Source of the DNA: an uncultured Nitrospira sp. | GTDB taxonomy: Bacteria > Nitrospirota > Nitrospiria > Nitrospirales > Nitrospiraceae | DNA length: 62,026 nucleotides | Reading direction: 5' to 3' | Assembly (NCBI GenBank): GCA_902500705.1 | Contig: CABVRR010000002.1 | Location: 1 to 62,026 of the forward strand | In this document: piece after piece, positions 39,848 through 49,794 of the stretch | Numbering within the stretch: the first letter of the stretch is position 1 | Layout: every line of letters starts with the position of its first letter | Made by a program: the position numbers and the translations under genes | The notes under the pieces: model-generated | What the model was told of the DNA's origin: nothing | Database searches by the model: none | The model's input: only the letters and a program-made list of their open reading frames with translations

Positions 39848-40043
39848 AGTGCGTTCACCACAGCGATATCAAGAGCACCACCACAATCCCAAAACACTCG
39901 TTGTCACACAACCAGGTTTATTGTCGAGCATTGGCCCCTGGTTCCTCGATATGTCGAGTAGGGCATCATCAACGACGGTGAAATTGAAAAACACGATTTC
40001 CCCTTCCGATGAGAAACCGCCTTAGCGGGCGCAGATCGGCATG

Positions 40044-41024
40044 TCAGTAATACACCCGTTCAGTACTGCCCCAATATTCAAAGACATCATGGGGAAACGG
40101 TCTTTCTTTCTCAAACTGCTTAACCATGATCGAGTAGTTCACCGAATGTTGCGTGGACAGAGAGCTCCAGTCATTGACATACTGGTTTACCTTGCCTACC
40201 CAATCATGCTCTCGTATATCCAGTTGAGTACAACAGGATGCTATGTGAGAAGTATCCTGTGTTCCCAGAGAGAGGGTAGAACGACCGGTTTGGAGTCCGG
40301 CAACGATCCGCATCAATGAGAGCCACTGCCAACCACTCCGTTGCGGAATATTCACAATTACTTTCCCTAACCGATTCATTGTATTCCGACGCTTCCTCGA
40401 TATAAATTTTTGGGGGCATGCTACCGATAACCCCTCTGCTTCTAAGAGTGTGAGCAGCTTGGCACGATATTCCGTCATTGCACCGGCAAACACCAGATCG
40501 TAAATGGGACCGGAAGATATCTTGATATCTGTAGATGAGCCGCTATCCAAGTGAGGAAATGGGATTGTGTACACATCAAGCCCGGGCAACATAGTCGATA
40601 TGTTTCTCAATTCTGGCAGATCGCCTAACACAAAGAAGCACCGCAGATAGGGCAAGCACTCAAACAGATACCTGATTCGAGCCAAGATGAGGGATGAATG
40701 CATGTAGTCGTTCTCGCTCCCCAGTGGCGCCCCATGAAAAAAAATCTGACCATTTTCCATATCAATATGCTCGGTCATGATCACTGCCACTCGTTTTTGC
40801 GATGAGCGACAAAACTCTATCAACACATCTTTACTGCCGCTGGAGGTAAAGCCTTCGATAACGATATTGAGAGAGGAGTGCCGTGGTTGCCTCCCCACTG
40901 AAACCGAATAGCCGTGCTGCTGAAAAGCTCTCACCGCAAAGCTCACTTGATCACCGATCCCATGGAATGAATGGTTGTAGACCCAGAAATGGATAGAAGG
41001 CATCTCCATCGATTGTATCTTCAT
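40044..41024 (-). CDS. Hypothetical protein, possibly GT-B-like
   Basis: 326-aa ORF co-oriented in the operon; YDLVFAGAMTEYR and VIVNIPQ...SLMRI resemble a GT-B C-terminal domain. Confidence 0.6.
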   Translation of the reverse strand: MKIQSMEMPSIHFWVYNHSFHGIGDQVSFAVRAFQQHGYSVSVGRQPRHSSLNIVIEGFTSSGSKDVLIEFCRSSQKRVAVIMTEHIDMENGQIFFHGAPLGSENDYMHSSLILARIRYLFECLPYLRCFFVLGDLPELRNISTMLPGLDVYTIPFPHLDSGSSTDIKISSGPIYDLVFAGAMTEYRAKLLTLLEAEGLSVACPQKFISRKRRNTMNRLGKVIVNIPQRSGWQWLSLMRIVAGLQTGRSTLSLGTQDTSHIASCCTQLDIREHDWVGKVNQYVNDWSSLSTQHSVNYSIMVKQFEKERPFPHDVFEYWGSTERVYY

Positions 41025-41025
41025 A

Positions 41026-43053
41026 CTATGAAGTGCCCACCCTTTGTGAGCGAGGACTTCCTACGGGAAGAGAGGCTCTGTCGGTTGATTCCGCGCAAGT
41101 ATCGATCCGATGAGACAAGGAATCATGAGCTGCCACAATAGCGCGTTCAACTTCTTCAACCGAATAACCGACAAAACACGACGAATAGCCACCAGACTCA
41201 GCTTTCACTGAGATAAATGCCCCTTCATTCTGAGGAATCGCGTAATATCGATCGAAGCGTCGGATAATGTTATAGCCGAATACCGCATGACGAACGAGCT
41301 CAACATCCGGATCTCCGTTGGGTCTAGCCAATTGGGCCCCAAAGATACATCGCAACCCGGAGAGCACGCGTGCCGCAAATCGGTACAGGCGCGGAAAAGG
41401 TTTGAGGATTTTAGTAATCCATTCGATCAGTGAAGGCTTGACAACCTCGCGGTGTTCGACCGTGTACAGATACTTCCCCGCCAATTCCTCGAGCGTGTTC
41501 GCAAAGGTTATTCGTGGTGCACCGGACTTGTAATACTGCGCTAGGACGGACCAGTCGTTTCTTTCGATATGAGGGCTTCCATACGCGTGGATCATCGCGC
41601 CACCCAATCTCCAGACTGTTCCTAGGCCTGTATTAATTTTGAGTATCGGCTGAGACGGGTATTCAAACACACGCGCCCAATCAGTGCCTTCCATCGTACA
41701 ATCCTGCAACGCGATCTGCGTTTGAACAGGAGCAGCACCGTGCCCTGGGAAAGATCCTCGATTGCCATGATACAGATCAGAGACCGTCTTCCAAAAACTC
41801 TCGCTGAACGCCTTACCGGAAAACTGATCGTGTGCGTATGTCATCATACGTTGACGCATGGCATCATACACTTGAGGTCTTTCCAATAAGGCACCTATAC
41901 GGGTCGCCATCTGAGAGACCAAGGAATCATCAACGCCTTGCAACTTTCCCATCCGATCCTGAATACCATCAGTCCCTGCATCAGTATCTACCATCGCAGC
42001 ACGCACACCTTGCAGAATGATCCCGTTCTCATTGTCGGTAACATACACGGACGTTCCCACGGCATCGATAACCACAGGAATCGATCCCAACTTCATAGCC
42101 CGCATAACCAGCACCGAGTCCAAAGACTCACTCGGCATTAAGAGCACATGCGCACTCGCGAGCAGCCCATTGACTTCATGATCGGAGAGATAATCCGCTC
42201 CCCAAACGATACTGCGACCGGTTTGTGCTCGCACCAGCGATACATCCACACCGTATGCACTCAAGTCTTGATCAGATGGTTTCCTGCAGGCCAATATGAG
42301 TAACCCTACCCGGCCTTCTGTTAAATATCGCTCCCAAAATCGTAATGTGATATGTCCACCTCGGCGAAAGAACTCGGATGGATTTGAACTGGCGGAACTC
42401 AAAAATAAGAAACGCGATCTAGGCAGAACAACATTTCTCCGAAGATCTAATCCGCTAACAGCTTCTTCGCTTAACCCTACTCTTGAGTGAAACAGCTTCC
42501 GGTCGATGATCGGATTGGAAAAGAATCGGCGGAAGGCCTCAAGTGTCTCGGGGACATGAGAGAAGATCCCTAGGCACATTGGATTCGCGAACATATCCCT
42601 AAAATGAACCTTCATCTCTTCCTGCAGTTCAAAGGGGCACCCTCCGCCATTCTGGATAAATGGCGATGAAAGAGAGGCAAGAGATTCACAATGAAATACG
42701 AAGGGTCGCGTGAGCGAGGGAAACGGCGTGGTATGATGAAATTCTATGTTTCCCTTTAACTCTGCTGTCATAATCTGGTTAGGAGGCCAAAAAAACTCGT
42801 GATACGCATTGGTAAATGGCTCGCCCTCGAATCGATCAGCGAAAAGCCGTTCACTTTTCGCCTTGGATAATACCTTCCCGCGTATCCTGGCATTCGTGTG
42901 AAGCCGCCGATGCAGTTTGACATTATCCCAAGCAAACAATGTCACATACGCTGGAGCATGGTCGAAGAGCGCTCGATAGAGTGGACGAAATCCATCGAGC
43001 GGAATGTAATGACTCAGACTCCAAGGCACTGCGACATTCAAAGATTGCTGCAT
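41026..43053 (-). CDS. Large glycosyltransferase-like protein with C-terminal accessory module
   Basis: 675 aa; degenerate GT4-like segment LLASAHVLLMPSESLD..VMRAMKLG..PVV...DNENG. Confidence 0.65.
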   Translation of the reverse strand: MQQSLNVAVPWSLSHYIPLDGFRPLYRALFDHAPAYVTLFAWDNVKLHRRLHTNARIRGKVLSKAKSERLFADRFEGEPFTNAYHEFFWPPNQIMTAELKGNIEFHHTTPFPSLTRPFVFHCESLASLSSPFIQNGGGCPFELQEEMKVHFRDMFANPMCLGIFSHVPETLEAFRRFFSNPIIDRKLFHSRVGLSEEAVSGLDLRRNVVLPRSRFLFLSSASSNPSEFFRRGGHITLRFWERYLTEGRVGLLILACRKPSDQDLSAYGVDVSLVRAQTGRSIVWGADYLSDHEVNGLLASAHVLLMPSESLDSVLVMRAMKLGSIPVVIDAVGTSVYVTDNENGIILQGVRAAMVDTDAGTDGIQDRMGKLQGVDDSLVSQMATRIGALLERPQVYDAMRQRMMTYAHDQFSGKAFSESFWKTVSDLYHGNRGSFPGHGAAPVQTQIALQDCTMEGTDWARVFEYPSQPILKINTGLGTVWRLGGAMIHAYGSPHIERNDWSVLAQYYKSGAPRITFANTLEELAGKYLYTVEHREVVKPSLIEWITKILKPFPRLYRFAARVLSGLRCIFGAQLARPNGDPDVELVRHAVFGYNIIRRFDRYYAIPQNEGAFISVKAESGGYSSCFVGYSVEEVERAIVAAHDSLSHRIDTCAESTDRASLPVGSPRSQRVGTS

Positions 43054-43345
43054 GAGGGTGCTACCTATTAATTCTCAATGCACTACCCAGAAAGCTTGAA
43101 TCTATTAAACTAACCATGACGGACGTTGACTTCATATTGCAAGTAGGAATTTATAATTACATTACGGCTAAACGTCATCCTGTTTTCTCGCATCGCCCAG
43201 CAGTCTAAGCATAGAGACCTGGTCGGCCACTGCCACATGATGAGCTGTGGAGATGTTGAGGCGAAGAAGGCTTCGACCCTGCGGGGATTATCCCTCTTCT
43301 ACTGCAGAGGAGGATGGGCACTGAAGCATCATCGCAACACGTGAA

Positions 43346-44701
43346 TCAATGATCGCTCTCTGCATACCTAAATCCGATATCCACAATTCCATTAAATTTG
43401 CCCTCCGACATTCGCGTGACAATTAAGTGGATAAGGGAACGGCGAACATCCAGAATATATCCGCCTGGCGTTCCATCATATTTAGTTATTCCGAGATCAA
43501 TAAAATAGTTCCCTTCATTGAGCGACACCGTAAATTCAATCCGATACACTCTCGTGTCCCCATTCTTAGCAGGCCGCAGCAGCATACGAGAAAGATAGGT
43601 ATTGCTTCCGGTGATCGTCACACCCTTGTCCGTCTTCAATTCAAACCCGACCATAGGCTGTGTGACATCCTCTATAAATTGGACTTTCATAAAGATCGTT
43701 AGCACAGCTCCAGAGAGGATACTCGAAAGATCTGTACGGCCGTCCCCCATCACTGCATAATCGACAATCGTTGCACCACCATTCATCGTGCGGATCTCAT
43801 GCTGATTAAACCCAAATCGCTGCGATATCTGGGCATTCCTCCAGAAAGAGCTATTTGGAATGAACGGATCTCCTGTTTCGTGCAACGGCATAGTTTGTTG
43901 ATTGACCGGCACAGGCAAAGTCTCTTCTTGCGTCTGTTCTTCCGGTACCTCTGTCTTTGCTTCAGAAAACAGAAGGCTCAGATATTTCTCAGCAACCAGT
44001 TTCGGATCACCGTCGACAATCAACTCTCCATTTTCAAGAATGATGGCCCGGCTGCAAAGGCTGGTCACGGTTTCAAGACTATGCGAGACAAAGAGAATTG
44101 CCGCACCATTGGCCCGGATTTTTTCGATTTGCAATAGGCACTTGCGTTGGAATTTGACATCGCCGACGGCCAGCGCTTCATCCACAACCAAAATGTCCGG
44201 ATCGACGTGAATCGCCGCGGCAAACGCCACACGCACGAACATCCCGGATGAGTAGGTCTTAACCGGTTGATCAAAAAATCCTCCGATGTCGGCAAAGGCT
44301 TCAATTTCTGGCAGCCGGCGCAACATCTCAGACCGAGGATATCCCATGATCTGGCCGTTCAGAATGACATTGTCTCGCCCCGTAAACTCCGGATTGAATC
44401 CCGCTCCGAGCTCGAGTAATGCAGAAACTCGCCCATCAACCAAAACTTCTCCATTCGTCGCTTGCATGACTGCACAAATGACTTGCAACAGAGTGGACTT
44501 CCCTGAACCATTTCTCCCTAAAATGCCTACAACTTCTCCTCGCTGTACTTCAAAAGAAATATCGCGTAACGCCCAAAACTCACGATGGTACTGTTTCCGA
44601 AAAGGATGCAGGGCTTCTAAGAAACGCTCTTTAGGAGACGCAAAAAGTCTGAATTTTTTGGAGACGTTTCGAACAACGATAACGGGCAATGGGCGCGTCA
44701 T
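43346..44701 (-). CDS. wzt: Polysaccharide ABC transporter ATPase with C-terminal Wzt_C domain
   Basis: GRNGSGKST, LLELGAGF, YSSGM, VVDEALAVGD, VSH; ~200-aa C-terminal extension. Confidence 0.94.
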   Translation of the reverse strand: MTRPLPVIVVRNVSKKFRLFASPKERFLEALHPFRKQYHREFWALRDISFEVQRGEVVGILGRNGSGKSTLLQVICAVMQATNGEVLVDGRVSALLELGAGFNPEFTGRDNVILNGQIMGYPRSEMLRRLPEIEAFADIGGFFDQPVKTYSSGMFVRVAFAAAIHVDPDILVVDEALAVGDVKFQRKCLLQIEKIRANGAAILFVSHSLETVTSLCSRAIILENGELIVDGDPKLVAEKYLSLLFSEAKTEVPEEQTQEETLPVPVNQQTMPLHETGDPFIPNSSFWRNAQISQRFGFNQHEIRTMNGGATIVDYAVMGDGRTDLSSILSGAVLTIFMKVQFIEDVTQPMVGFELKTDKGVTITGSNTYLSRMLLRPAKNGDTRVYRIEFTVSLNEGNYFIDLGITKYDGTPGGYILDVRRSLIHLIVTRMSEGKFNGIVDIGFRYAESDH

Positions 44702-44705
44702 GCAG

Positions 44706-45500
44706 CTACATCACGTCGGCAAATTCAGGTTTTAGGCGGCTGAACACATAGGTCCCCGCCAGAAACACTGCAGTCACGACACACCAAAAGTAAGCGGTGT
44801 GTCCCGCGCTCGGCCACACCGTCTCATGGAAGACCAGCAGGCCTCGATATCCCTCAACGAGGTAATAGATTGGGTTGCAGAACAACAACTCACGATACCC
44901 TTCAGGGATCATATCCGGCGACCAGACAATCGGTGTAGTCCAAAACAGTAAATTCAATACGATGGACAACGCATGTGAGACATCGCGATAGAATACCTGT
45001 ATCGCCGAAAGCAACCAGCTGAGACCGACAAGCAATAGGCAGGTGCAGAGGAGAAAGTAAACGACCAGCAATCGCTCGACTGAGAACGGAACCTGAAACC
45101 AAGCCACCAGGCCGGCTACAATGAGCAGAAAAATCGAATGCGGAACCAAGCCAGCCGCAATGCTGACTAGAGGAAGAATTTCCGATGGAAAGACGGTCTT
45201 CTTGATCAAATGTGCATGACGAGTAATCGAGTCAGTCGCAGCCAGCAACGTTTCATTGAAAAAAAACCACGGGACTATTCCGCACACAAACCAGAGTAGG
45301 AATGGAGCCCCATTCGTCCCCTGAGATCTGAACCCAACCGCGAATACAAAATAGAAGACGGTGATCACCGCCAGCGGATGCGCGAAAGTCCATAGAATAC
45401 CTCCCAATGTTCCCACGTACCGACTTTGCAGATCCCGCCATGCCAAGGCATAAATCATGGCCTGATAGTGATACACAGAGCTGAGCACCCGTATGATCAT
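44706..45500 (-). CDS. wzm: Polysaccharide ABC transporter permease
   Basis: RDLQSRY.GT..G.LW, G.VPW.FF, LIKKTVFP, NP.YY..EGYR, FADVM end. Confidence 0.94.
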   Translation of the reverse strand: MIIRVLSSVYHYQAMIYALAWRDLQSRYVGTLGGILWTFAHPLAVITVFYFVFAVGFRSQGTNGAPFLLWFVCGIVPWFFFNETLLAATDSITRHAHLIKKTVFPSEILPLVSIAAGLVPHSIFLLIVAGLVAWFQVPFSVERLLVVYFLLCTCLLLVGLSWLLSAIQVFYRDVSHALSIVLNLLFWTTPIVWSPDMIPEGYRELLFCNPIYYLVEGYRGLLVFHETVWPSAGHTAYFWCVVTAVFLAGTYVFSRLKPEFADVM

Positions 45501-45634
45501 GTGCAGCGGAAATTTAGATGAATCGCAGAATATAGTAGAGGAGAAAGACCATACACGACGCGACGTGCTGTCTATAGTCGGCCGTGAAGCTGCCTGAGTT
45601 TCAAGGCCCTACAAGACGTGGAACTCTCGCCTAT

Positions 45635-46573
45635 CTAGACATTCCCATACCGCGTGTTCTTGATCATCGTGTAGCCCTTGATCAGGTCGCCGATACCCGC
45701 GTCGAGAGAATACATCGGCTTGAACCCGGTGGCTTCGATCTTCGCGTTGGAGACGATATAGTTGCGTTGATCGGGGTCCTTGCCGACCGGGGCATCGAGA
45801 AATACGAAATCCTGAACCTGCTTCTGAATATGCTCGCACAACTCCCTCTTCGAGACATTGGCATCGGACAAGCCGACGTTGTAGATCTGCCCCTTCATCT
45901 TGTCGAAATTGGCAATAGCATGCTGAAACACACGTGAGACATCACGGACATGCACATAGTTGCGCTTGAAGGCACTCTCGAACAAGACGACGAATCGATC
46001 GTAGACAGCCCGGTAGGTAAAATCGTTGACCAGCAAATCAATCCGCATGCGCGGTGACATCCCGAACACCGTGGCCAGACGAAAACTGATCGCATTCCCT
46101 CGTTGCATGAGTTCTTTCTCGATACCCACTTTTTCCTTCGCATAGAGGGAAATTGGATTCAATGGTGACTCTTCGGTACAGAAGTTATTCTTATCCCCGG
46201 TGCCATAGGCGCTGTTGGTGGTCGGCATCAGAACCATCTGCTGCTTCGACAGGAGCTTCAGCATGAGCACAATGGCGTCATGGTTGACGGTTGTCGCACC
46301 GACAGGGTCCTGACTACACATCGGCGCTCCCACCAAGGCAGCCAACGGAATCACAATATCGGCTTTCTTGATCAGCGGAGCCATCACGCGTTCGATGCGA
46401 ATATCGCCTCTCACGACCGAAAAGTCTGGATGATGGCACATATGATTCAGGCTGGCCTGCTTGTACATAAAGCTATCCAGCACCGTCACTTTGTGGCCGA
46501 GCTGAAGAAGATCCGGAACCATCGTCGAACCAAGATACCCAGCTCCACCGGTAACGAGAATGTTGTAACTCAT
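45635..46573 (-). CDS. NAD-dependent epimerase/dehydratase (SDR)
   Basis: GGAGYLGS, LAALVGAP.C, YAKEK, RLATVFG.SPRMR.DLLVNDF. Confidence 0.9.
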   Translation of the reverse strand: MSYNILVTGGAGYLGSTMVPDLLQLGHKVTVLDSFMYKQASLNHMCHHPDFSVVRGDIRIERVMAPLIKKADIVIPLAALVGAPMCSQDPVGATTVNHDAIVLMLKLLSKQQMVLMPTTNSAYGTGDKNNFCTEESPLNPISLYAKEKVGIEKELMQRGNAISFRLATVFGMSPRMRIDLLVNDFTYRAVYDRFVVLFESAFKRNYVHVRDVSRVFQHAIANFDKMKGQIYNVGLSDANVSKRELCEHIQKQVQDFVFLDAPVGKDPDQRNYIVSNAKIEATGFKPMYSLDAGIGDLIKGYTMIKNTRYGNV

Positions 46574-46615
46574 TGATCTAGCCTCTTTCTCAGATTGACA
46601 AACAATGCCGGAGTC

Positions 46616-47317
46616 CTAGCCCGCGAGCAGCGTAGAAGCTCGATGATAGTCCTCAGGCACTCCGATATCGATAAACGTCCCTGTGAATTCGATCCCACAT
46701 AGACGCTGCCCGGTGGCGAGTCGATCTGGGAATATGTCGTCTTCTAAGGACACCTTCTCACCGGCAGCACAGACATCTGATAATGCTCGTGGATGCACCC
46801 AATAGACGCCCCCGTTTGCAAGACGGGGCCCCTGCTCAACGTCGGATTTCAGAGACAGAACCTGCCCGTGAGGCGACACTTCAATGCCCATATACCGTCC
46901 CGTCTCACTCGTTCTGAAGAGAGACACACACCAATCCGCGTCATGTTCCAAAGCATAGGTATTCAAGACGCTCCAGTTCACCTTGAAGTAAGTATCTCCA
47001 TTCAGAAGCAAAAACGGCTCTCGACGGCCGACTTTCTCCGCAGCAAGCAGAAACCCACCTCCGGTCCCTAATGGGCGTTCCTCAATGGCGTACTCAATCT
47101 CCGCCCCTTGGTATCGATCCCCGAAGTGTCTCATGATGACGTCATGTCGATAGCCGACGGACACGACAAACCGACCAACTCCCTGGCTGATCCAATAATC
47201 GAGTTGGTATTCAAGAAAGGGGCGCCCGTTGATCGGAGCCATGGGCTTGGGAAGATCCGGCACGACGCTGCGCAATCTGGTTCCAAGCCCGCCGGCCAAA
47301 ATCACAGCAGAGAGCAT
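46616..47317 (-). CDS. hddC: Sugar-1-phosphate guanylyltransferase (HddC/GmhD-like)
   Basis: LAGGLGTRL...PKPMA, EERPLGTGG, LNGDTY, FIDIGVPEDY. Confidence 0.8.
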   Translation of the reverse strand: MLSAVILAGGLGTRLRSVVPDLPKPMAPINGRPFLEYQLDYWISQGVGRFVVSVGYRHDVIMRHFGDRYQGAEIEYAIEERPLGTGGGFLLAAEKVGRREPFLLLNGDTYFKVNWSVLNTYALEHDADWCVSLFRTSETGRYMGIEVSPHGQVLSLKSDVEQGPRLANGGVYWVHPRALSDVCAAGEKVSLEDDIFPDRLATGQRLCGIEFTGTFIDIGVPEDYHRASTLLAG

Positions 47318-47324
47318 ACCGGTC

Positions 47325-48494
47325 TCAGACGGAGTTTAGAACCGTGCACAACTCATCAATCTCCTCATCGCGCAAATCAGGATAATTGCCGATGTAGAAT
47401 CCATAGAAATGGACATGCTCGGTTTCCGGAAACTGCACGTGGTAGTCGTTGGGAACGACGCCTTTCAGGTACGGCTGACGGAGCTGATTACCTCCACCCG
47501 CGCTCCCTCGTCGAAATTCGATCCCCGCCTCGCGCATCACCTTCATGAGGCGTTCGACCAAGATATTATCTGGGCGTTTCAATATGAGATTGAACGCATA
47601 ATTGCTTGAGCCTTCCATCTTGAAATCGGTGCGATACCTACTGGAATCAAGCTGCCTTATGAATCTCAGCAGGTTTTCTGTCCGTCGTTTCACGTTACGA
47701 TCCAGGCGTTTGAGTTGATTACGGCCCAGGATCCCTCCGATCTCCGTATTACGTGTGTTGTAGGCGGAGAACGCAAAAATGAAATCAGGATTCAATTCAG
47801 GGTTCGCCGACCTATACGCAGCTTGCACGGCCGGATCGTTGGCCTCGCGAACCATGCCATGCGAGCGCAACATGCGAGCCTGCTGATACACCTCCTGGTC
47901 ATTCGTGCAGATCATCCCTCCCTCGATCGTGCTCATATGGTGCGCGTAGTAGAAGGAGAAGTTCGATATCCATCCAAAACTTCCCAACTTCCGACCCTGA
48001 TGCGTCGCCCCATGCGACTCACACACGTCCTCGATCAAGGGAACACGCCGCTGCTGCAACTCGGTCAACAGCTGGTCCTCCAATCCGTCAAAACCTTGCA
48101 CGTGCGTCAAGAACACTGCACGCGTTCGTTCCGTGATAGCGGCACATACGTTGTTCGGATTCATCCCCAGCGTCCGGGGATCAATATCGACGAAAACCGG
48201 CTTAAATCCATGCTGCAACACCGATGCAATATCAGACACCCACGCCAACGGTGGGACAATCACCTCACCGCCCTCGGGGTGGCGGATTTTCAGGACAGCC
48301 ATCGTCAGGAGATTGGCCGATGCTCCGGAATTGACGAAGACACTGTGGTTCACTCCCAACCAGGCTGACCATTCCGCCTCAAAGGCACGCACATTCGAGC
48401 CATGCGTCAAGATCGGATCATTCTGCTTGAGATGCTCAATCACCGCATCCAAATCTTCACGGAGAATATTGTTACGCATCAACGGATATTTCAT
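47325..48494 (-). CDS. PLP-dependent DegT-fold enzyme with His in place of Lys: ColD-type NDP-4-keto-6-deoxysugar 3-dehydratase
   Basis: VNSGASAN, IEDVCES, FSFYYAHHMSTIEGG; no Cys cluster motif as found in E1/RfbH. Confidence 0.82.
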   Translation of the reverse strand: MKYPLMRNNILREDLDAVIEHLKQNDPILTHGSNVRAFEAEWSAWLGVNHSVFVNSGASANLLTMAVLKIRHPEGGEVIVPPLAWVSDIASVLQHGFKPVFVDIDPRTLGMNPNNVCAAITERTRAVFLTHVQGFDGLEDQLLTELQQRRVPLIEDVCESHGATHQGRKLGSFGWISNFSFYYAHHMSTIEGGMICTNDQEVYQQARMLRSHGMVREANDPAVQAAYRSANPELNPDFIFAFSAYNTRNTEIGGILGRNQLKRLDRNVKRRTENLLRFIRQLDSSRYRTDFKMEGSSNYAFNLILKRPDNILVERLMKVMREAGIEFRRGSAGGGNQLRQPYLKGVVPNDYHVQFPETEHVHFYGFYIGNYPDLRDEEIDELCTVLNSV

Positions 48495-48549
48495 AGATCC
48501 CTACATACCCTACCTGAACGTCTATCTCCCAGATTGCTTATTACCCCCC

Positions 48550-49086
48550 CTACTTCTCTCCATAATAGTCTCCGTATTCGACGACGATGGTGCTGCGCCC
48601 GTCATCACGCAACAGTGCCCATTCATAGGCCGGGAAAATGTCCTTCGGCTCTTCCAGACGGATGATTTCTATTGAGCTGCACATCATGCGGATCGCCTCG
48701 GTAAAGTCCCCCACATGCTGATGCTGCGGATGGAGCGGACGCTGCGATCCGATCCCCGTCCGGATGATTGCCTTAGTCGTGTATCCTCCATTGGACATCA
48801 CGTGAATTTTATCCAAGTGGTTGACCAACTGATTGATCCCCAAGAGCAGGAAATTCCATCGCGGGAAAACACTCACGGGGACGAGCCCGGTCAGAGCCAA
48901 GCCGGTCGTCATCCCCATCTGCAGTTCCTCGGCGACGGGAAGCTCAATCAATCGGTGGGACGGCACCTCTGTGAGTGTGTTACTCATTGCCGTTCCAGGG
49001 ACGGAGACCGCTTGCCCGAGGAAGACCGTCCGCGAGTCTTGCGCCAGAAAATTCATAGCCCGTTTGAGCTCATCAAAATATTTCAT
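48550..49086 (-). CDS. TPP-dependent enzyme, beta (pyrimidine-binding) subunit, short form
   Basis: FLGQ.V, ELPVAEE.QMG...GLAL, NQLVNHLDK, HPQHQH; 178 aa. Confidence 0.82.
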   Translation of the reverse strand: MKYFDELKRAMNFLAQDSRTVFLGQAVSVPGTAMSNTLTEVPSHRLIELPVAEELQMGMTTGLALTGLVPVSVFPRWNFLLLGINQLVNHLDKIHVMSNGGYTTKAIIRTGIGSQRPLHPQHQHVGDFTEAIRMMCSSIEIIRLEEPKDIFPAYEWALLRDDGRSTIVVEYGDYYGEK

Positions 49087-49094
49087 CTCTCACC

Positions 49095-49694
49095 TTAGAA
49101 CTGAACTCGCACGCCAGCACCGGCATGCGGATACTTCGTTTCGTAGCGATAGTAGCTGATGTACTCATCGGCCACGTCTTCAAAGCTCAGACGAGGCTGA
49201 TTCCATGCTTCTCTGGTGTCGGTACAGACCGATTTTGCGTTGTCTTCGATAATGAAGTGGATCGGCAAGCGATGGTTTCGGCTGTATTTGATCGCCTCGT
49301 GAGCAATCCCTGTCTCTGCTGTCATGTCACCCATGAAGCAGTAGACTTTGGCGTCCTCCTCACGCTGTCGGATCGACATCGCGGCACCGACGGCGATCGG
49401 CAATACACCGCCGACAATGGCCGATGAAAACACGCGCTGTTCAGGAAAACAGAGTGAGATCGATCGTCCGGCTACGATCTCATCTCGGACTCGATCTTTC
49501 GGGACTCCCTTCAACAAACATTGATAATGAGACCGCCATGAACAAAACACCCAGTCTTGCGAGCGAATTGTACGGAAAATCCTGATGATCGCCTCTTCAT
49601 TTCCATAATACAAATGGACAGGCGCCCGAATCTTCCCCGCATTGAACAAGGCTGCAATGTCTTCCTCGAACGAAATCAACTCTTCTTTCGTCAT
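49095..49694 (-). CDS. TPP-dependent enzyme, alpha (pyrophosphate-binding) subunit, short form
   Basis: PVHL..GNE, WRSHY, SAIVGG, GD-X-EDN TPP motif (FMGD...IIEDN); 199 aa. Confidence 0.85.
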   Translation of the reverse strand: MTKEELISFEEDIAALFNAGKIRAPVHLYYGNEEAIIRIFRTIRSQDWVFCSWRSHYQCLLKGVPKDRVRDEIVAGRSISLCFPEQRVFSSAIVGGVLPIAVGAAMSIRQREEDAKVYCFMGDMTAETGIAHEAIKYSRNHRLPIHFIIEDNAKSVCTDTREAWNQPRLSFEDVADEYISYYRYETKYPHAGAGVRVQF

Positions 49695-49794
49695 CTCTCC
49701 GCCCTTCGCATGCTACGCACGGATGCGCAGACCGTTGTTGGCTTACATCTGATCATCACGTTGCCAGGGCACCAGGACCAAGCCACTCTCTCGA

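Noticed and set aside
43126-43157. TTGACT...TATAAT plus-strand promoter, antisense to wzt
   Set aside because: The spacer is 20 nt, too long for sigma70, and the AT-rich context makes chance matches likely
36250-45600. Prophage or mobile element carrying the Gtr-like cassette
   Set aside because: No integrase, transposase, phage genes, att-like repeats or tRNA were seen
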